Source: Sphagnum compactum
Lineage: Eukaryota
Assembly (NCBI GenBank): GCA_965153455.1
Contig: OZ234493.1
Span: 32,788,213-32,852,212, forward strand
Direction of reading: 5' to 3'
DNA length: 64,000 nucleotides
The notes under the pieces were generated by a model. That model searched no databases. It was not told the DNA's origin and worked only from the letters and a program-made list of their open reading frames with translations. Numbering within the stretch: the first letter of the stretch is position 1; every line of letters begins with the position of its first letter. A program made the position numbers and the translations under genes. This document shows, one piece after another, positions 13,321 to 26,014 of the stretch.

Positions 13321-15090
13321 TCAACAATGGATGCTAATTTTGCTGCTGAAAGAACAGTTTCAAAGTCTACAACCAAGGAGTGATGGTATTGGGCTTACAT
13401 GATAAGGCGAAATAGGAAGCATGCCAAGGATCCAGACATGAGGATGAATGCATTTCAGCCAAGCAAATTGCAGTGTCCAGTTCCTACTAAGCCATGTTCC
13501 CATGGTAGCCTCAAGAAAAACATTAGCAGATACGAATAGCAGCCAAGGGATTCCCTGTCTTCTTGCCACTGTGATGAGGAAAGCTCAGAGGATCAAATCT
13601 GTATGGAGGAGTATGAACAGGATTCAGTCTTGTCAAGCCGATGGGCCAAGAGGTTGCTGAAGAAAATGATTGCAGATGATGAAACAGGGAATATGGCGAC
13701 AGCTTGGAGTCTCTTCTTCCCCAACAAATTACAGCAATGGAGAGCAATTCAAAAAACAAAGGGCAAGGAAATTGTATCCAAAACAGAGGGAGGTTTTTGA
13801 TGTCACCAAGGAGTTGGAGACACAGGGAATAACTATGAATCAAGAATTGAGATCCAGGAACTGAAGAAAAGGGAAAATCTTGTTTGAAAACTATGCAATC
13901 AGGATGAAAATCTTGGCAGATATTGAGTCTCAAATTGCTGCAGATGAAAAGGTGTGAGATTAGGAACCTTTTTGCTTTGATCAATTTTCTGCTTGGTGCA
14001 TACATACAGAAATTTTGGGTTCATCTCAAAACATGCAAGGTGCAGAGGAGAGGCTTCAAGGATTGCTGGACAAACAAGAAAACTTCCAGGCACATTTTCA
14101 AGAGGAGTTGGAGAAGGGTGACATGGACAGGCAAAGAGAACTTCTTAAGGTTGCAAAATTTCCAACTTGGACAACATGCTAGAGCAAGGTTTGAAAGAAC
14201 TGGTGGACTAGGGGACATCAGGTCAAGACTCCTGGAATCAAGAGGAACCTGCAAAGCTTGAAGAAAGCTACTCATGATCATTCTTATTGCCTTCCAATAT
14301 GAAGCAGTTGCAGGAGTTGGAGATGGAGAAGGTAAGACATGCAGGTTCTACAATAGTGTTAAAAGAAGTCAGAGTCAGCTTGGTGATGTTGAACACAGAT
14401 GGAGATGATCCAAAAGAAACAGATGAGTCAGATAATGACAGTAGCACAGTCAGGCTTGTTGCCTTGCAACATGATGAAACTCAAAGAACGCCGCCTACAG
14501 TTGGAACAAAACAACATCTCATAGCCAAAGACAATGCATGTGTCTTTGAAAATTCTCCTGAGGTTGCAGAGGAGAAATCTACCCATTGTCTTAAAAAGGT
14601 GATTGAAATGCAACAGGATAAGTGCCAAGAATTGGGGCTCTTGGAGACGAACACTTTCTTAGCCATCACTGCTGTGCTACAAGACAATGAGAAAGATATT
14701 CTGGTGAGTAAATATAATAAGCATACCTTGGTTGCTAAGCAAAGCCTTGCTTCTCTAGTGCTTCTAGAATTGGCTACAATGACTTTAACAAAGTGTCCAT
14801 TGTCATTTACACTTTGTTTGCAATGTTGTTGGGGTACTTCCCAGACAAATAATCAAATTGTTCCTATATATTCAAGTGCACGTGTGCACTTGAAGATAGA
14901 AATCTGCAAACATGGAAGTTTGTGTCATGCTTCTCATGATGCCAATGAGATGATGGGAAACTATGGGGTGATAGATGAAACTAAGCTACAATCAAGGTTT
15001 CTGAAAGAGTTTGCATCATTATCTTTGCAGCCAAAAAACTTTCATGGATGGGACAGTAGTGTGCTTGCTTCCATGGTTGATGACAAATAA
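13321..15090 (+). pseudogene. Disrupted 5' part of an unrecognised coiled-coil-rich gene
   Basis: Purine-rich, E/K/Q-rich coding-like sequence. One frame runs 13321-13800 with single stops at 13381 (TGA) and 13537 (TAG). Further overlapping ORF fragments lie in shifting frames to 15090, with a GTGAGT donor-like site at 14704. Confidence 0.55.
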
Positions 15091-15176
15091 AATAGAACTA
15101 AGAGGTTAAACAATAGCTCTAGCTCAAGGTCTGATAAAAGCTGTCAGTCACTGGCAGTTGAACTGAAGTTGTTCCA

Positions 15177-18100
15177 TTGAGAGTTGAATCTCAAAATCAT
15201 TTTACTCAAAAAATTAGTTTGCAGCAATCTGACGAGAGTAAGCTATGGGTCGAGGAATTTGAAACTTTAAAGTTGTTATCCATGCAGCAGTCTCAAAAGA
15301 ATCAGTGTCTTGATTGGTTTCATCCACGGGATTTCTTCCCTTTTGATGAGGCTGCCATCAAAGAAATTGAAAACTCTTCTTTGGCTACTAAGCCAGCATC
15401 AAATATGGTGGCTAATGAGTATATGTCAAGCTCAGAAAGTGGCAAGATGATTACCAAACCATCAGCAGACATGACCAGAGACCAAAGACCATCCTCACAA
15501 TGTATGGAACTTAGAGTTGAGGAGAACAAAGAGTTATCCAGAGTCTCAAAGTCTACCCTGGATAAAAATGAAATGGAGTATTCAGAGCTTGCAATACTTA
15601 TCTCCAAAGAGCTAATGGAAAGCACAAAGGATGCCAGGTTATATGGAGGTGCTGGAAAAAATGAAGGACATCTAGGTTTGTACACCCCAGATGATGATGC
15701 TATTGCACACAATTACAAAGAAATTTTGCCAAGAGATGAAGAAGCAAAGAAAGTTGAGAATTTGAAGAATGACAAAGCTGAAATGCGCATACTGGTTCGT
15801 GAGCAAGAAGTGGCATGGAGGATGGCAGAGGATGCTCTAGACAATATGCAACAAAGGCTGAGGCGGCTAGAAGGCCACAAAGTTAGGCTGCATGAAACAC
15901 TAATAAGAAAACTCCACATTGATCGAAGCCAGAAAAACATGGAGGCTGTGTTGAACCAACTTGAAACACAACAAGACAACTACCCTCCAAGGTTCACATC
16001 AGTTTATAAGTCTCCAGTCTCTGAGGATGATGGAGAGGGTGCAAAAGTTGCCTCTAGTCATGTAACAAGAGGGCACCTCTCATTGATGATCATGCCAGGG
16101 CACTCAAATGAGTCACAGGTCACTATCCTGGAGGAGAGTATCAAAGCCCAAAGTGAGAAGCTTGATGATATGCAAGACAATAGAGGGCAACAAAAGTCAG
16201 TGTATGATCCACAGGTATGTATTGAAATTAAGACATGTTTGCTATAACAGAGCTTTAGTCTTAGTTTCAAATGTGATGGGTCAAAAGAATGCAGGTGGGA
16301 CTAGGTTGAAAGCTCTAACCTAGTCAGCAAAACCGAACCAAAAAAAATAAATTTGCTTAATGCAATCCTATTAGATTCTGATTTGGACACACAAATGCAC
16401 ACTGTTTCCTTTTCATGTGGCTGGCAGCAAGCACTTGAAGAAGGTGGTTGTTGCTGGAATGGACAAGCTTCCCACTGTCAGGGTTTTCTCTGTTCTTAAT
16501 GATCACACAACCATGAAACGTAATTTGATGAGAGAGCATATACAGTATTCCTAAAGGGCAGAAAAATGATGAGGCATTGTATTTACAATCTTCTAACATT
16601 CTACTTGTGCTGAGCAAACATTCAAGGACATTTGTTGTTGCCATAACCCAGTTCATTGCAAATTCCAAACCTAGTTGGCAGTCATGCCCCCATAACTTCC
16701 TGCCATGAACTCCTATGTAATTGCAGATTCCTCACACTTGTGGACCTACTGCTGATCATCAAGTAGCACTTGCATAGTATTTGCAGTATTGCTCTGCCTG
16801 TTGAGCATCACCAAGAATGTTTGCACACTTGTAGGGAATGGTCCTCTGGTGGCCATCTGAGATTGCATCCATGAAACTCATGCAATGGTTCTCTTGTAGA
16901 TTATTGTTGGCTACTCTACGAGACAAGAAGTATCTAGCAAGAACACAAATTGGACCCAACTCAATTAGATTGAAGAATACATTATTGTAGATTAATGTAG
17001 GACTGAGTAAGGACTGGTTGGGTGGTGTGCTTGCCAGAAAAGCATGTCTCTTTCATTCAATAAAAAAGTTGGAGAGCCCAGATTTTGCTTTGATAAGGAG
17101 TCAGTGATGCGTTTCCTTGCTGAAGAACATGAATCTGCAAAGTTAGAACAAACACACACCATTTCCCAACATAATCCTAGCTCTGGTGCCATGTCTTCCT
17201 CCCAGTACCTGAAGGAAACTGAGTTAAGGTCAAATGGAAAACATGTTGATAGGTCATGGAGCTGGCTTACCAAGGTTAGCAACAATCTATGCTATTGTGT
17301 ACAACCTATAGAATCACCAGAGGACGAGTTTGATGGTCCAGAAAATAGTCATAAATCTAGTTCAGAAATAAACAAAGAAAAGCAGGTAAAAGAAGCTGAG
17401 CAGTCTTGGCTACTCTCCATGACCAAACAGATCAACAATTGGTCACTATGGACAATAATTGGTCACAAGAAACCAAGTGAGAGGTTTTTTTCTCCTGCTG
17501 AAGAGGAGGGCCTTCTTCAGCTTTTGGCCAAAGCAAGAGGGAATAGCTTTAATGGCATGTCCAGCTCTTTTCAAGAAGGGATCAAGAACAAGTTTGGAGA
17601 TGCATTTGAGGATATTCAACCAGCTGCACCCACAAAAAATGAGCCTGGTGTACAACAAAGGAAGCAGCGGTCACAGGTACCGATGTTGAACATAATTTAC
17701 CTCAATGACATCTTTTCCTGAGTGAGTTTGTTCCTCTTAGTTGAAATGGTTTTTCATGAATTGCACATCCATAGTTGATCTTTTGATTGGGTGTTATTTT
17801 TGTTTCGGTGCATCCTGAGAAACTTCTCATTTTTGTTGGTTGTATTAAGAATGCGATCAATAATTTTTTTGTTCCATGCTTTATTGTTGTCCCCCTAAAC
17901 TGAGCTTCTTGAGCATTTCTGTTGCTTGGTTTGGCAATGGTGGCAAACATTCTATGAACCGCTCTCAACACACCAACGTTGAATTTTTTTGTAGCACCAA
18001 GTTGTGAGAAGTATGCTTTCATTTTGTGCCTCTTATTGTGGAGGAAACTTCACAGCATAATGAGTGTCAACATGCATCTTGTCTGTTAATTTAGGAGTTG

Positions 18101-19075
18101 ATACTTGATGCACAAGAGTAGTACATGATATAGACCATTCAATGTTGCCTTTTGGGACTCTGGGTGCATGCATCTTTCACAATTCTAAGGGCCTATGGAT
18201 TGAAAATGTCTTTTCAAGTGGGAGAATTCTATTTGTTGATTGCAGAAAAGTTCATCAAGTTTCATTGATGGAGGATCTAATCCTGGACCAGAAAATAATG
18301 TCATGAGTCCTGAAGCACCAGATGATCTTCCTGATGACAAAATTGACCAGGAGGACAAAAGCTGGTACAAAATAAGCATCCTCCCGGGATAACGCATCAC
18401 TGCCTTGCCAATTCTTTCACTCTTTCCTGGATCTAGTTATAATGGTTCAAGACTACTATGGACCACACTAATGATACTTGCATTTTTAGGGGCAGGTAAT
18501 GTAGGTTGTGTCCAAAGTAAATCACCATTAGCTGATTTGAAAACTGGTTTGGTTTGTTGAATGCTAGGATTAATGATGGGAAAGGAAACCAAGTGCTAAG
18601 GAGTTCAAGGTTTCCAGGGCAATGGGGCTCCGTACCTCCAAATTTGGAACAAGAGAAGAGGAACCAGAAGGCACAACATCATCATAGCAATAACAAACAG
18701 AAAGAATCTGAAATTGTTAGCAAGTTTCAGCCACAAGAAACCTTGAAGGGGAGTAATGAGCGTATGAACATAGGCAGCAAAAAATCAAATAGAAGAAGTA
18801 GAGATGTGGAGGACACGATGGGTCATCATCCTAAAGGTGAAGATCATGCTAAGAATGTTGTTCCAAACCGGAGGTCCTCTGTTTATCATGAACCTCCTCC
18901 TCCTCCTCCTCCTGACACCAGCAAAGCTACCATCTCATTTGCTGCACTATCCTTAAAGGAGAGTAGCATCCAAAAGAGGGCAATGGAGAGGAAGGGACGA
19001 AATAAGCTGAAGCAGGAAAGGGCAATGGCTATAGCTACTGTTGAGAGGAATCTTGGTTTGATGCAACATAACTAG
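15177..19075 (+). CDS. 3' four exons of an unrecognised coiled-coil / low-complexity protein (..-16214, 17038-17676, 18246-18364, 18568-19075)
   Basis: All three GT-AG introns are phase-compatible (0,0,2) and join the 356-aa, 225-aa and 173-aa ORFs into one open frame. Coiled-coil-like stretch: AWRMAEDALDNMQQRLRRLEG. The true start is unknown and no family was recognised. Confidence 0.6.
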
Positions 19076-19167
19076 TAATTGTAAGCTGAAAATTTGCTTG
19101 CAAGGATTGGTTTGATGCAACATAACTAGTAATTATAAGCTGAAAATTTGCTTGCAAGGATTGGTTT
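19053..19167 (+). repeat. 54-bp near-perfect tandem duplication spanning the stop codon
   Basis: TTGGTTTGATGCAACATAACTAGTAATTRTAAGCTGAAAATTTGCTTGCAAGGA occurs twice (19053, 19107) with one mismatch. Confidence 0.95.
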
Positions 19168-19306
19168 TCACTTGGGGACATCAAAACCTTGGGGCCAAGG
19201 GAAGGATGGGCAACCTAAATTATTTTCCTTACAGCACTTATAAAATGATCAATCACCTTGAGAATGGGAGCAAGTAATCTTCTAACCCTAATCTTGTGAC
19301 TTCATT

Positions 19307-19643
19307 AACAAGGGGGTGTGTCACACTGTGGCCTTGCCATTTACATCAAAAAGTGTCTTATGGCAAAAGAAGAAGAAGAATGATGAAAACTCAAATATTT
19401 CACCATGCAAACATATAACCTTCAAAAAATCCTCTAAAAGAAACCAAAATCCTTCAAGATATTATAACTCCAACACTAATCTCAAGTTTCAACACAAGCC
19501 AAAATAGGTATCATCTTTCAAAAATCCTCCTATAAAAATTAGACCTATTATTTATTACCTAGGGGCCAAAATCCCTTAAGCTTACTATACTCTATAATGA
19601 ATCTAAACTCAATTTCCTTGCCTACCAAGGCAAGGCCAACAAA
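19307..19643 (-). mobile_element. ~340-bp non-autonomous interspersed element, copy A (HINE/DINE-1-like architecture)
   Basis: Homologous to 26015-26353 (inverted) and 63773-64000. Subterminal inverted repeats TGGCCTTGCC (19329) and GGCAAGGCCA (19629). Hairpin CCTTGCCT-ACCA-AGGCAAGG at one end; GTGTG-T-CACAC palindrome with AACAAG at the other. Confidence 0.8.
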
Positions 19644-20365
19644 TGTTGTGGCCATACATGTGGCTTCCTTAATCTGGTTATCAAAAACTCAAATACCCGG
19701 TCAATATATCAAATCGCGATTCTCTAAAATGTTTTTGAAAAAAATTTCATATATCCACCTAGAACCTTTGGGTCTTTGTCGATTCTTTCATGAAACCCTA
19801 CGGTTCTTTGAAGTTTGTCAAATAACTGAAGAATCCACAATTCTTCGATGCTGACTTGTTTTTCCAATAATCAGAACCGGAGGTTCTTTGATTTGGAACA
19901 TGTTCAAATACCCGAAATTGACGGTTCTTTGATTCTGATTTTTTTTCAAATACTCAGAACCAATGGGGATTACAAAAATTAAATACCTGCCCCCCACCCT
20001 AACTTTAATGGGAAGAAAGAGTCAAATACTTTACTCTAAGGTCAGTTTCGTCATTAAATAATCCTTAAAATAGTGAAACAGATTTTCTTGAAAATACGAA
20101 TCTGAGGTGTGAAAAACCATCATAATTATTGCAGGCTACAAATCGGACTAATTTCATTCCTTGTATAAGGATATCGCAGTAGATGATAAATAATAATAAT
20201 AATAATAATTTCAAAAAATTGAATTGAATCAATTTTGAAAAAAATAAAATTCATCTTGTCAATGGTGAAGCCTGACCCTAGGCTATAGTAATCACATTTA
20301 ATGTTAAATGCAAGTTAAGTTGGCATCAAGAAATTTACAACATTGGTCACCAATTCACACCAATA

Positions 20366-20977
20366 GGCTAGACTGGCCAGTGATTGAGCATTTCAGTGCT
20401 CAGGGCAGGCTGGATCCAAGGGGAGGGCTTTGTTGTTTCTGGTGTCCAAACAGAATTTGAACGCCTCCTCTTGACACATCTGACACACTAACAATCGTCG
20501 AAAATGAATTAGGAATGAAAAAGTTATGACCTCCCAAAGTAAAGAGGGGTCAAAAACTCAAAAAAAAAAAACCAAACCACCAAACACTACAAAATCAGTT
20601 CTCAAACAACCCAAAATTTCTTTGTTTGTTGCTCTATTGTTATTAGACTTCAAAGATGATTTGTAAAACTTCAGATGACACTCTTATAACATTTTGAATC
20701 GTTCAAAATGAATAAGAAAGAAGAGAAAGTTATGAGATTTGAAAGTAAAAGGGGTCCAAGGAAAAGAAAAAAGAACACCTGTTGTAAGTTTGAAAGCTTA
20801 TTTTCTCTCTTGTTATTCTTACATTACTCTTTTTCCTTTGCACTTCGAAGATGATTTTGAGAGCTTGAGGTAGCACTCCCATAACAATTTAAATCACTCA
20901 AAACAAAGCACATATGATGAAGATATAAATTAAGTGTTCTGCCATAAGCAGCCCATCCGCGAGAGGCCAGTCTAACC
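20366..20977. mobile_element. Putative MITE with 13-bp TIR
   Basis: GGCTAGACTGGCC at 20366 and GGCCAGTCTAACC ending at 20977 (12/13 match) enclose an AT-rich interior. No clear target duplication. Confidence 0.5.
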
Positions 20978-22694
20978 GAGTGCTACATAGCACCAAAACT
21001 TAGGTGCCATGTGCCATAGCTAGACAACACCAAAACCTAGGTGTCATGTGGTATAGCATAAAATGTTATCTTGGTGCAATGGTAACCCAATGATAAGGTA
21101 CACCAAATCTTCAAGAATCCTAGATTTTGAATTAAAAGCCTAATGTTTTATAGCATCCCAAAAGGTCTTTTAACTCATTGTTTGGTACCACCCGGCTCCT
21201 CCCCCCAATGTTCTTCTCTATGAGAATTTATTTTTATTGTGCATATCCAATAATAGGGACTAATTTTTAAAAAATGATTTAACCTTAAGCTTTTAAAAAC
21301 TTGATTGAACCTAGACTATGGAATACAAGTTGAGGTTGGGATGTAAAGAGCGAAGTCAAATTCATTATTTTGGAGAGTTTTACAAAAGACACAATGCCCA
21401 TTCCAAACAAGCATTTTCCATAATGGTTTTGAAATGCCTTTCTTTTTGTTTTCTCCCAACACCCACCAAGTATAGGGGGGAAAAAAATATCAAACCAAGT
21501 TTTAACCCTTGGTAAAAAAAAAGCCCAGAGCCCAAGGCTCTAGTAGTGTTTCTTTTTCAATTTTGTGATGTTGCTCTAGTGATGATCATCCATAAGAATA
21601 TTTAGCCAAATATGGCAATTTTTTTAAAATGGGAAAAAAATTAAATAAATTGAAGCACCCTTTCGTTGTGGTAAGCAGTTGTGACTATTTCTGGCGAATT
21701 TTTAGAAAAAAAAAATCTTTTTTTTCGCGAATTCTTTTTTAAAGAAAGAGAGTTTATGATAAGAAGATTCATTTTCAAAATTTTCGTCCATTAAATGCTG
21801 TCTCCCCTAAGTTAATTAATTAATTAATTAATTAGACTTAAATGTTTCTTAACAAAAGATTATGTGAGAGAGTAGGAAAGAGTGGTGCGCATGTATTTTC
21901 GTATTTTCCCACCCTTGGTTCTGCTACCGGCCGGGTAAATGGCGGGTCGTCTGAACCTGGAGAAACAGCGGTCGTCGTCTCCAACTCCGCTCATAATCGC
22001 TCTCCCATCCTTCTTCTCTCTTCTGGAGTTGCGCCAAAACACAATTTCTCCTCAGCAGCTTCACGTTCTGTCTGTCCTCGCTTCATTGCAGTGGTATTCC
22101 TTTGCTTGTAATCTCTGCTTCTGATGTCTATTGCGTGTGCTTCTGTAGCTTTGTTTGGAACTGAGTTTCCACACATTCTTCTCCAGTAATACAGCCTCAA
22201 GAAGAAAAGAACAGCTCCGTTTGTTTGTCTAGTTTCGGTTTTTCGGAATTTTGTTTCACTCTCCTTGTGACGGTACACCAAACACACAGTCGCTCCTCAG
22301 TGTAATGCTTCCGGGGTCTTCTGTTGTTGTGAGGAATTTGGGTGCGGCTTTGATCAAGTTGTAAGTTGATTTCTTTCTTAACTCTCTGCTTTGTCTTTGT
22401 TTCATACTGTTTGTTGTGCAGTTGGTTCATACACGTGAGCCGGGTGAGCGGCACCAGTGTTTTAAGTGTGTCTTTGTAAAGGACGAATCTGGAGTTTGTC
22501 GAGCAGTCATTTGTTTCTGTGGCAAGTTTGAATTTAGGTTCGCTTTTTGCCGCAGAAGAGTACGTAACTCGTCGCATCGGAGAGAGGTGGCTCTCTGTGA
22601 GTCTGTTATCTCAATTTCGTTCAGGCCTAGGTCAGCTTGAAGAACTTGGAAGGGAGCGTGTTAAACACAGCCAGCCATACACAGACAGACAGAG

Positions 22695-23642
22695 ATGGAA
22701 GAGCGTACACATATGCGATATGCGGCGTTGTTGATGCAAGATGGCCACAGAGATCGGCCTCATGAAGACCTACGCTACAGGTTTGAGCTCCATGAAGATT
22801 TGCCGTGGAAATCGATAGCGGTGGCCTTGGTCCTATTGGCGTTTGGCTCACTCTTTCTTGTCATTTCGCATTTCATCTACACGAGACACATGGAAGGCGA
22901 CTCATCACAGGCATACGGCTTCCTGGTTCTGGGAGTTCTTCTCTTTCTACCTGGTAAGTAAAGGACACTGCCCTGCCGCCTTTTCATTTTGTTCTTATTG
23001 TAGGTCCGTGTCTCTCCTAATCATCGAGCCATTCCTAAACTGGCGCCTATAGCTTCTGCATTGCTGGAGATCTCGGAGTGTGAAATTGGGAACAAGCAAT
23101 GCCGTGGCTCCTGAAGGCATTCTTGCGTGTAGGTTTTCATCATCCAGTTGCTTGTCACTCTTATGCTGTTAGGATCACGATTCGTTGCCCGGGTTTACCA
23201 TAAGGCTTGCATTTGCATGTGTTCTGAGTGTTTGTAGCCCTTTCTGCAATGGATCAGACTGGACAATGGGATATTTACTCGGGGGCATTGTTCAGCTGGT
23301 TGTTCTGTTTTACTTAACCTAGCTTTTGTTGCAGAACTTGTCATCAACAATCCATCACCCAAAGTCATTGTTGTGGGACAGAAATAAGATGTCATCAAAC
23401 AAGAATAGATAGCAAACGTCATGATAATCCTTCCCTTCTCACATTTGCTTGCATTGCATCATTTTGGTTCTATCTCCTCCCCATGGATGTTGTTTCTGGA
23501 CCTGTTGCAAAATCTAGTCTTCAATTTTCACTGAATCAACTTGTGAACTGCATCACAAACAGGTTTCTATGAGACAAGAATAGCCTATTACTCATGGCGG
23601 GGATACAAAGGATATTCTTACTCTCGTATTCCTGCATACTGA
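22695..23642 (+). CDS. TMEM230: Transmembrane protein 230-like (UPF0414/DUF872); exons 22695-22953, 23563-23642
   Basis: PWKSIAVALVLLAFGSLFL...GFLVLGVLLFLPG|FYETRIAYYSWRGYKGYSYSRIPAY*. Canonical GTAAGT and CAG splice sites; two TM helices; family-typical C-terminus. Confidence 0.92.
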
Positions 23643-24699
23643 AGGATTGTTAAAGAGGAGCACGAAGGTTCTCCTTTCTGACGTTGCCAGGGAATGGGAT
23701 CAACTGATTGGACAACATCTGCCCACCATGGTGCAAAGAAGTGACATCCATGTGTCTACTTCAATGCATTGTATTGTTTTGGTCAAGTTTGGCAATTGCA
23801 TTATGGTCTGAATGCCAGAACTTATCTGTGTATTCCAGCTCTACTGAGATGAATCAGTTTTTGATTTGGACCATGTTTTTCTCCTATGGATCACTCAGGA
23901 ACTTTTTTTTCTCTCAGCCCTGTACTGGGGTCGGTAGTTCTTGAACTGTACAAAGCTGTATTTGGTCTTCAATTTCAAAGTGAAGGTAATCCTTTTTTGT
24001 TTGATTTGGAGAGAATGCTGCTTTTGTCCCTTTTCCTGTTTTCTTAAGTTATGTTGTAGACTTTGTCTGTGTACTTTGATCCAGTCTGTTCTTTATCATA
24101 TGCCTTGTCTTTTCTCCCCCAAAGCAAGCAGCTGAAATCTACACTTTGTTCTTTTTAGATTGTGCATGGAAATTCTCTTCCACATCCTCCCCACGTGAGC
24201 AAACACAACCAAATCAGTTTGATGCTCAAAAACATTGTCTTTGGAACATTTGAAAAACATCCACAAAAGTGTAGAAAATTTGCTGAGCCAGACTACATTG
24301 GGAAGGGATGGAGGTGTGAAATGATTCATGATTCACCAAGAAACTGATTTTGTTGGCAAGCAACGAATCATTTGAGCATTGTTCAAGAAAATGCCAGATC
24401 AAACCAGGTTCTAAGGCAAATGAAATAATGAGAAAATGCATATAGACACGCAATTGCAACATAACAAAAAGTCGCAAATTTTACAAAACTTTGAGAATAG
24501 TAATGTGTACACACATTTACAGATAACACAAATAGTGGTGTAAAAGTTTTGTAGTTTTGGAAATAAGGCAGAAATGGGTATCATTGCAGACACAGTGGTT
24601 GTTGATGGATATGGACAGTCCCAAAAGAACCCAACATGAGAAACATGAAAACAGTTTCTGAAGGAAGGGTTTTCTTGCAAAAGAATATGCATAAATTGT

Positions 24700-24886
24700 G
24701 GGGTTGGGTTGGAATTGCAATTAGGATTGAATGGATCAAAGTCACATTGGGTTTGGGTTGCAACTGCAATTAGGATTCTCAATGGATCACGCACATTGGG
24801 TTTGGGTTTTGCAATTGCAATTAGGATTGAATGAATCGCTCACATGGGGTTGGGTTGGGATTGCAATTAGGGTTCAATGGATCACG
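24700..24886 (+). repeat. Minisatellite, ~4 copies of a ~50-bp unit
   Basis: Unit approximately TGGGTTTGGGTTG-AATTGCAATTAGGATT-AATGGATCAC-CACAT, repeated in tandem. Confidence 0.85.
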
Positions 24887-25373
24887 TTTGATGGACAACA
24901 AATTCCTCTGTCCTTTTACTACAAATGTAATGACTGCTGCTTGTCAGGAAGAGATCTTTTGGAGATCAGTTCATGGGAGGGCTGTCCTGTTTTGTTCTGT
25001 TCTGTTTTCGTGAGGTGGCAAACGCACAGATTGGGGGGATAAATGGGTGTGAATTGTGTGCAATTTCCAAAGCAAATCTTGGAGCATAATCTTCAGTGCA
25101 ACTGTGACAATTTTGTGTAAGACTGAATATTATTATACTCGAACAAAAACCTAAGTCTTTGGGATATCTGTGCCCTGGTATTACCTCGGGGTCGCATATA
25201 CTGTTATTTAAAATACTCAAAAGGACTGGTACTGATACTAGTACTGGTATATATTGGCTAATATTGCCTCAGGTCATATTCAACTGGTATGTTCTTCAAT
25301 ACCAGTACTCATACCAGTACCATATACCCAGGTTACACCCTATACACCAATACAACACTGGTACTTCCAGACA

Positions 25374-25404
<31 letters not shown>

Positions 25405-26014
25405 CGTGTTGTGTACTACCACAATCCAGCAATCCGGCTTCTGCTGCACAACTTCCCAACAAAAATCTCTGACAAGAGCTGGGAAGCAGCTTCCATTAAA
25501 AACTCAAAGCAACCGCATTTAACATCGCATCAAAGTTGAGTATGTTAGTATGTACCAGTGTTCCAGCGGGGTAATTTTATTTTGCTGATAACTGCCAGTT
25601 TCGGGTTTTTCACAGAGTTTCCAGAACCAAAGAACCGCCGGTTCTTATTGCTCCCCGAAAAGAGAAAAGGAGAGAATCGAAGAACCTGTTGTTCTTTTGG
25701 AGAGTACTCAAAGGGACTGGCGGTTTTTCATGGAGAGAACCAACCGGTAAAGGACTGGAGGTTATGAAGGCAGTTATTTGGTTTCCTCAGATTTTTTAGA
25801 ACCATGGTTAGATATTCCATAGCTTGGTTCTTCCAGCTTTTGAGAACCATGGTTAACTTATAAACCCTAACTAAGAATTGCCCTGAATGTGCAGGGCTAT
25901 ATTGATTTTGGGGGGGGGGGGGGATCTGGGGGGGATCTTATCAGAAGAAACAACAAGTACAACTTATGCTCAACCCTTGTCTTTATGGGTGAAATTTCAC
26001 CCAGTTGGTGCATT

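Noticed and set aside
24700..24886. Possible CRISPR-like array
   Set aside because: Whole units repeat without unique spacers, the context is eukaryotic and there are no cas genes.
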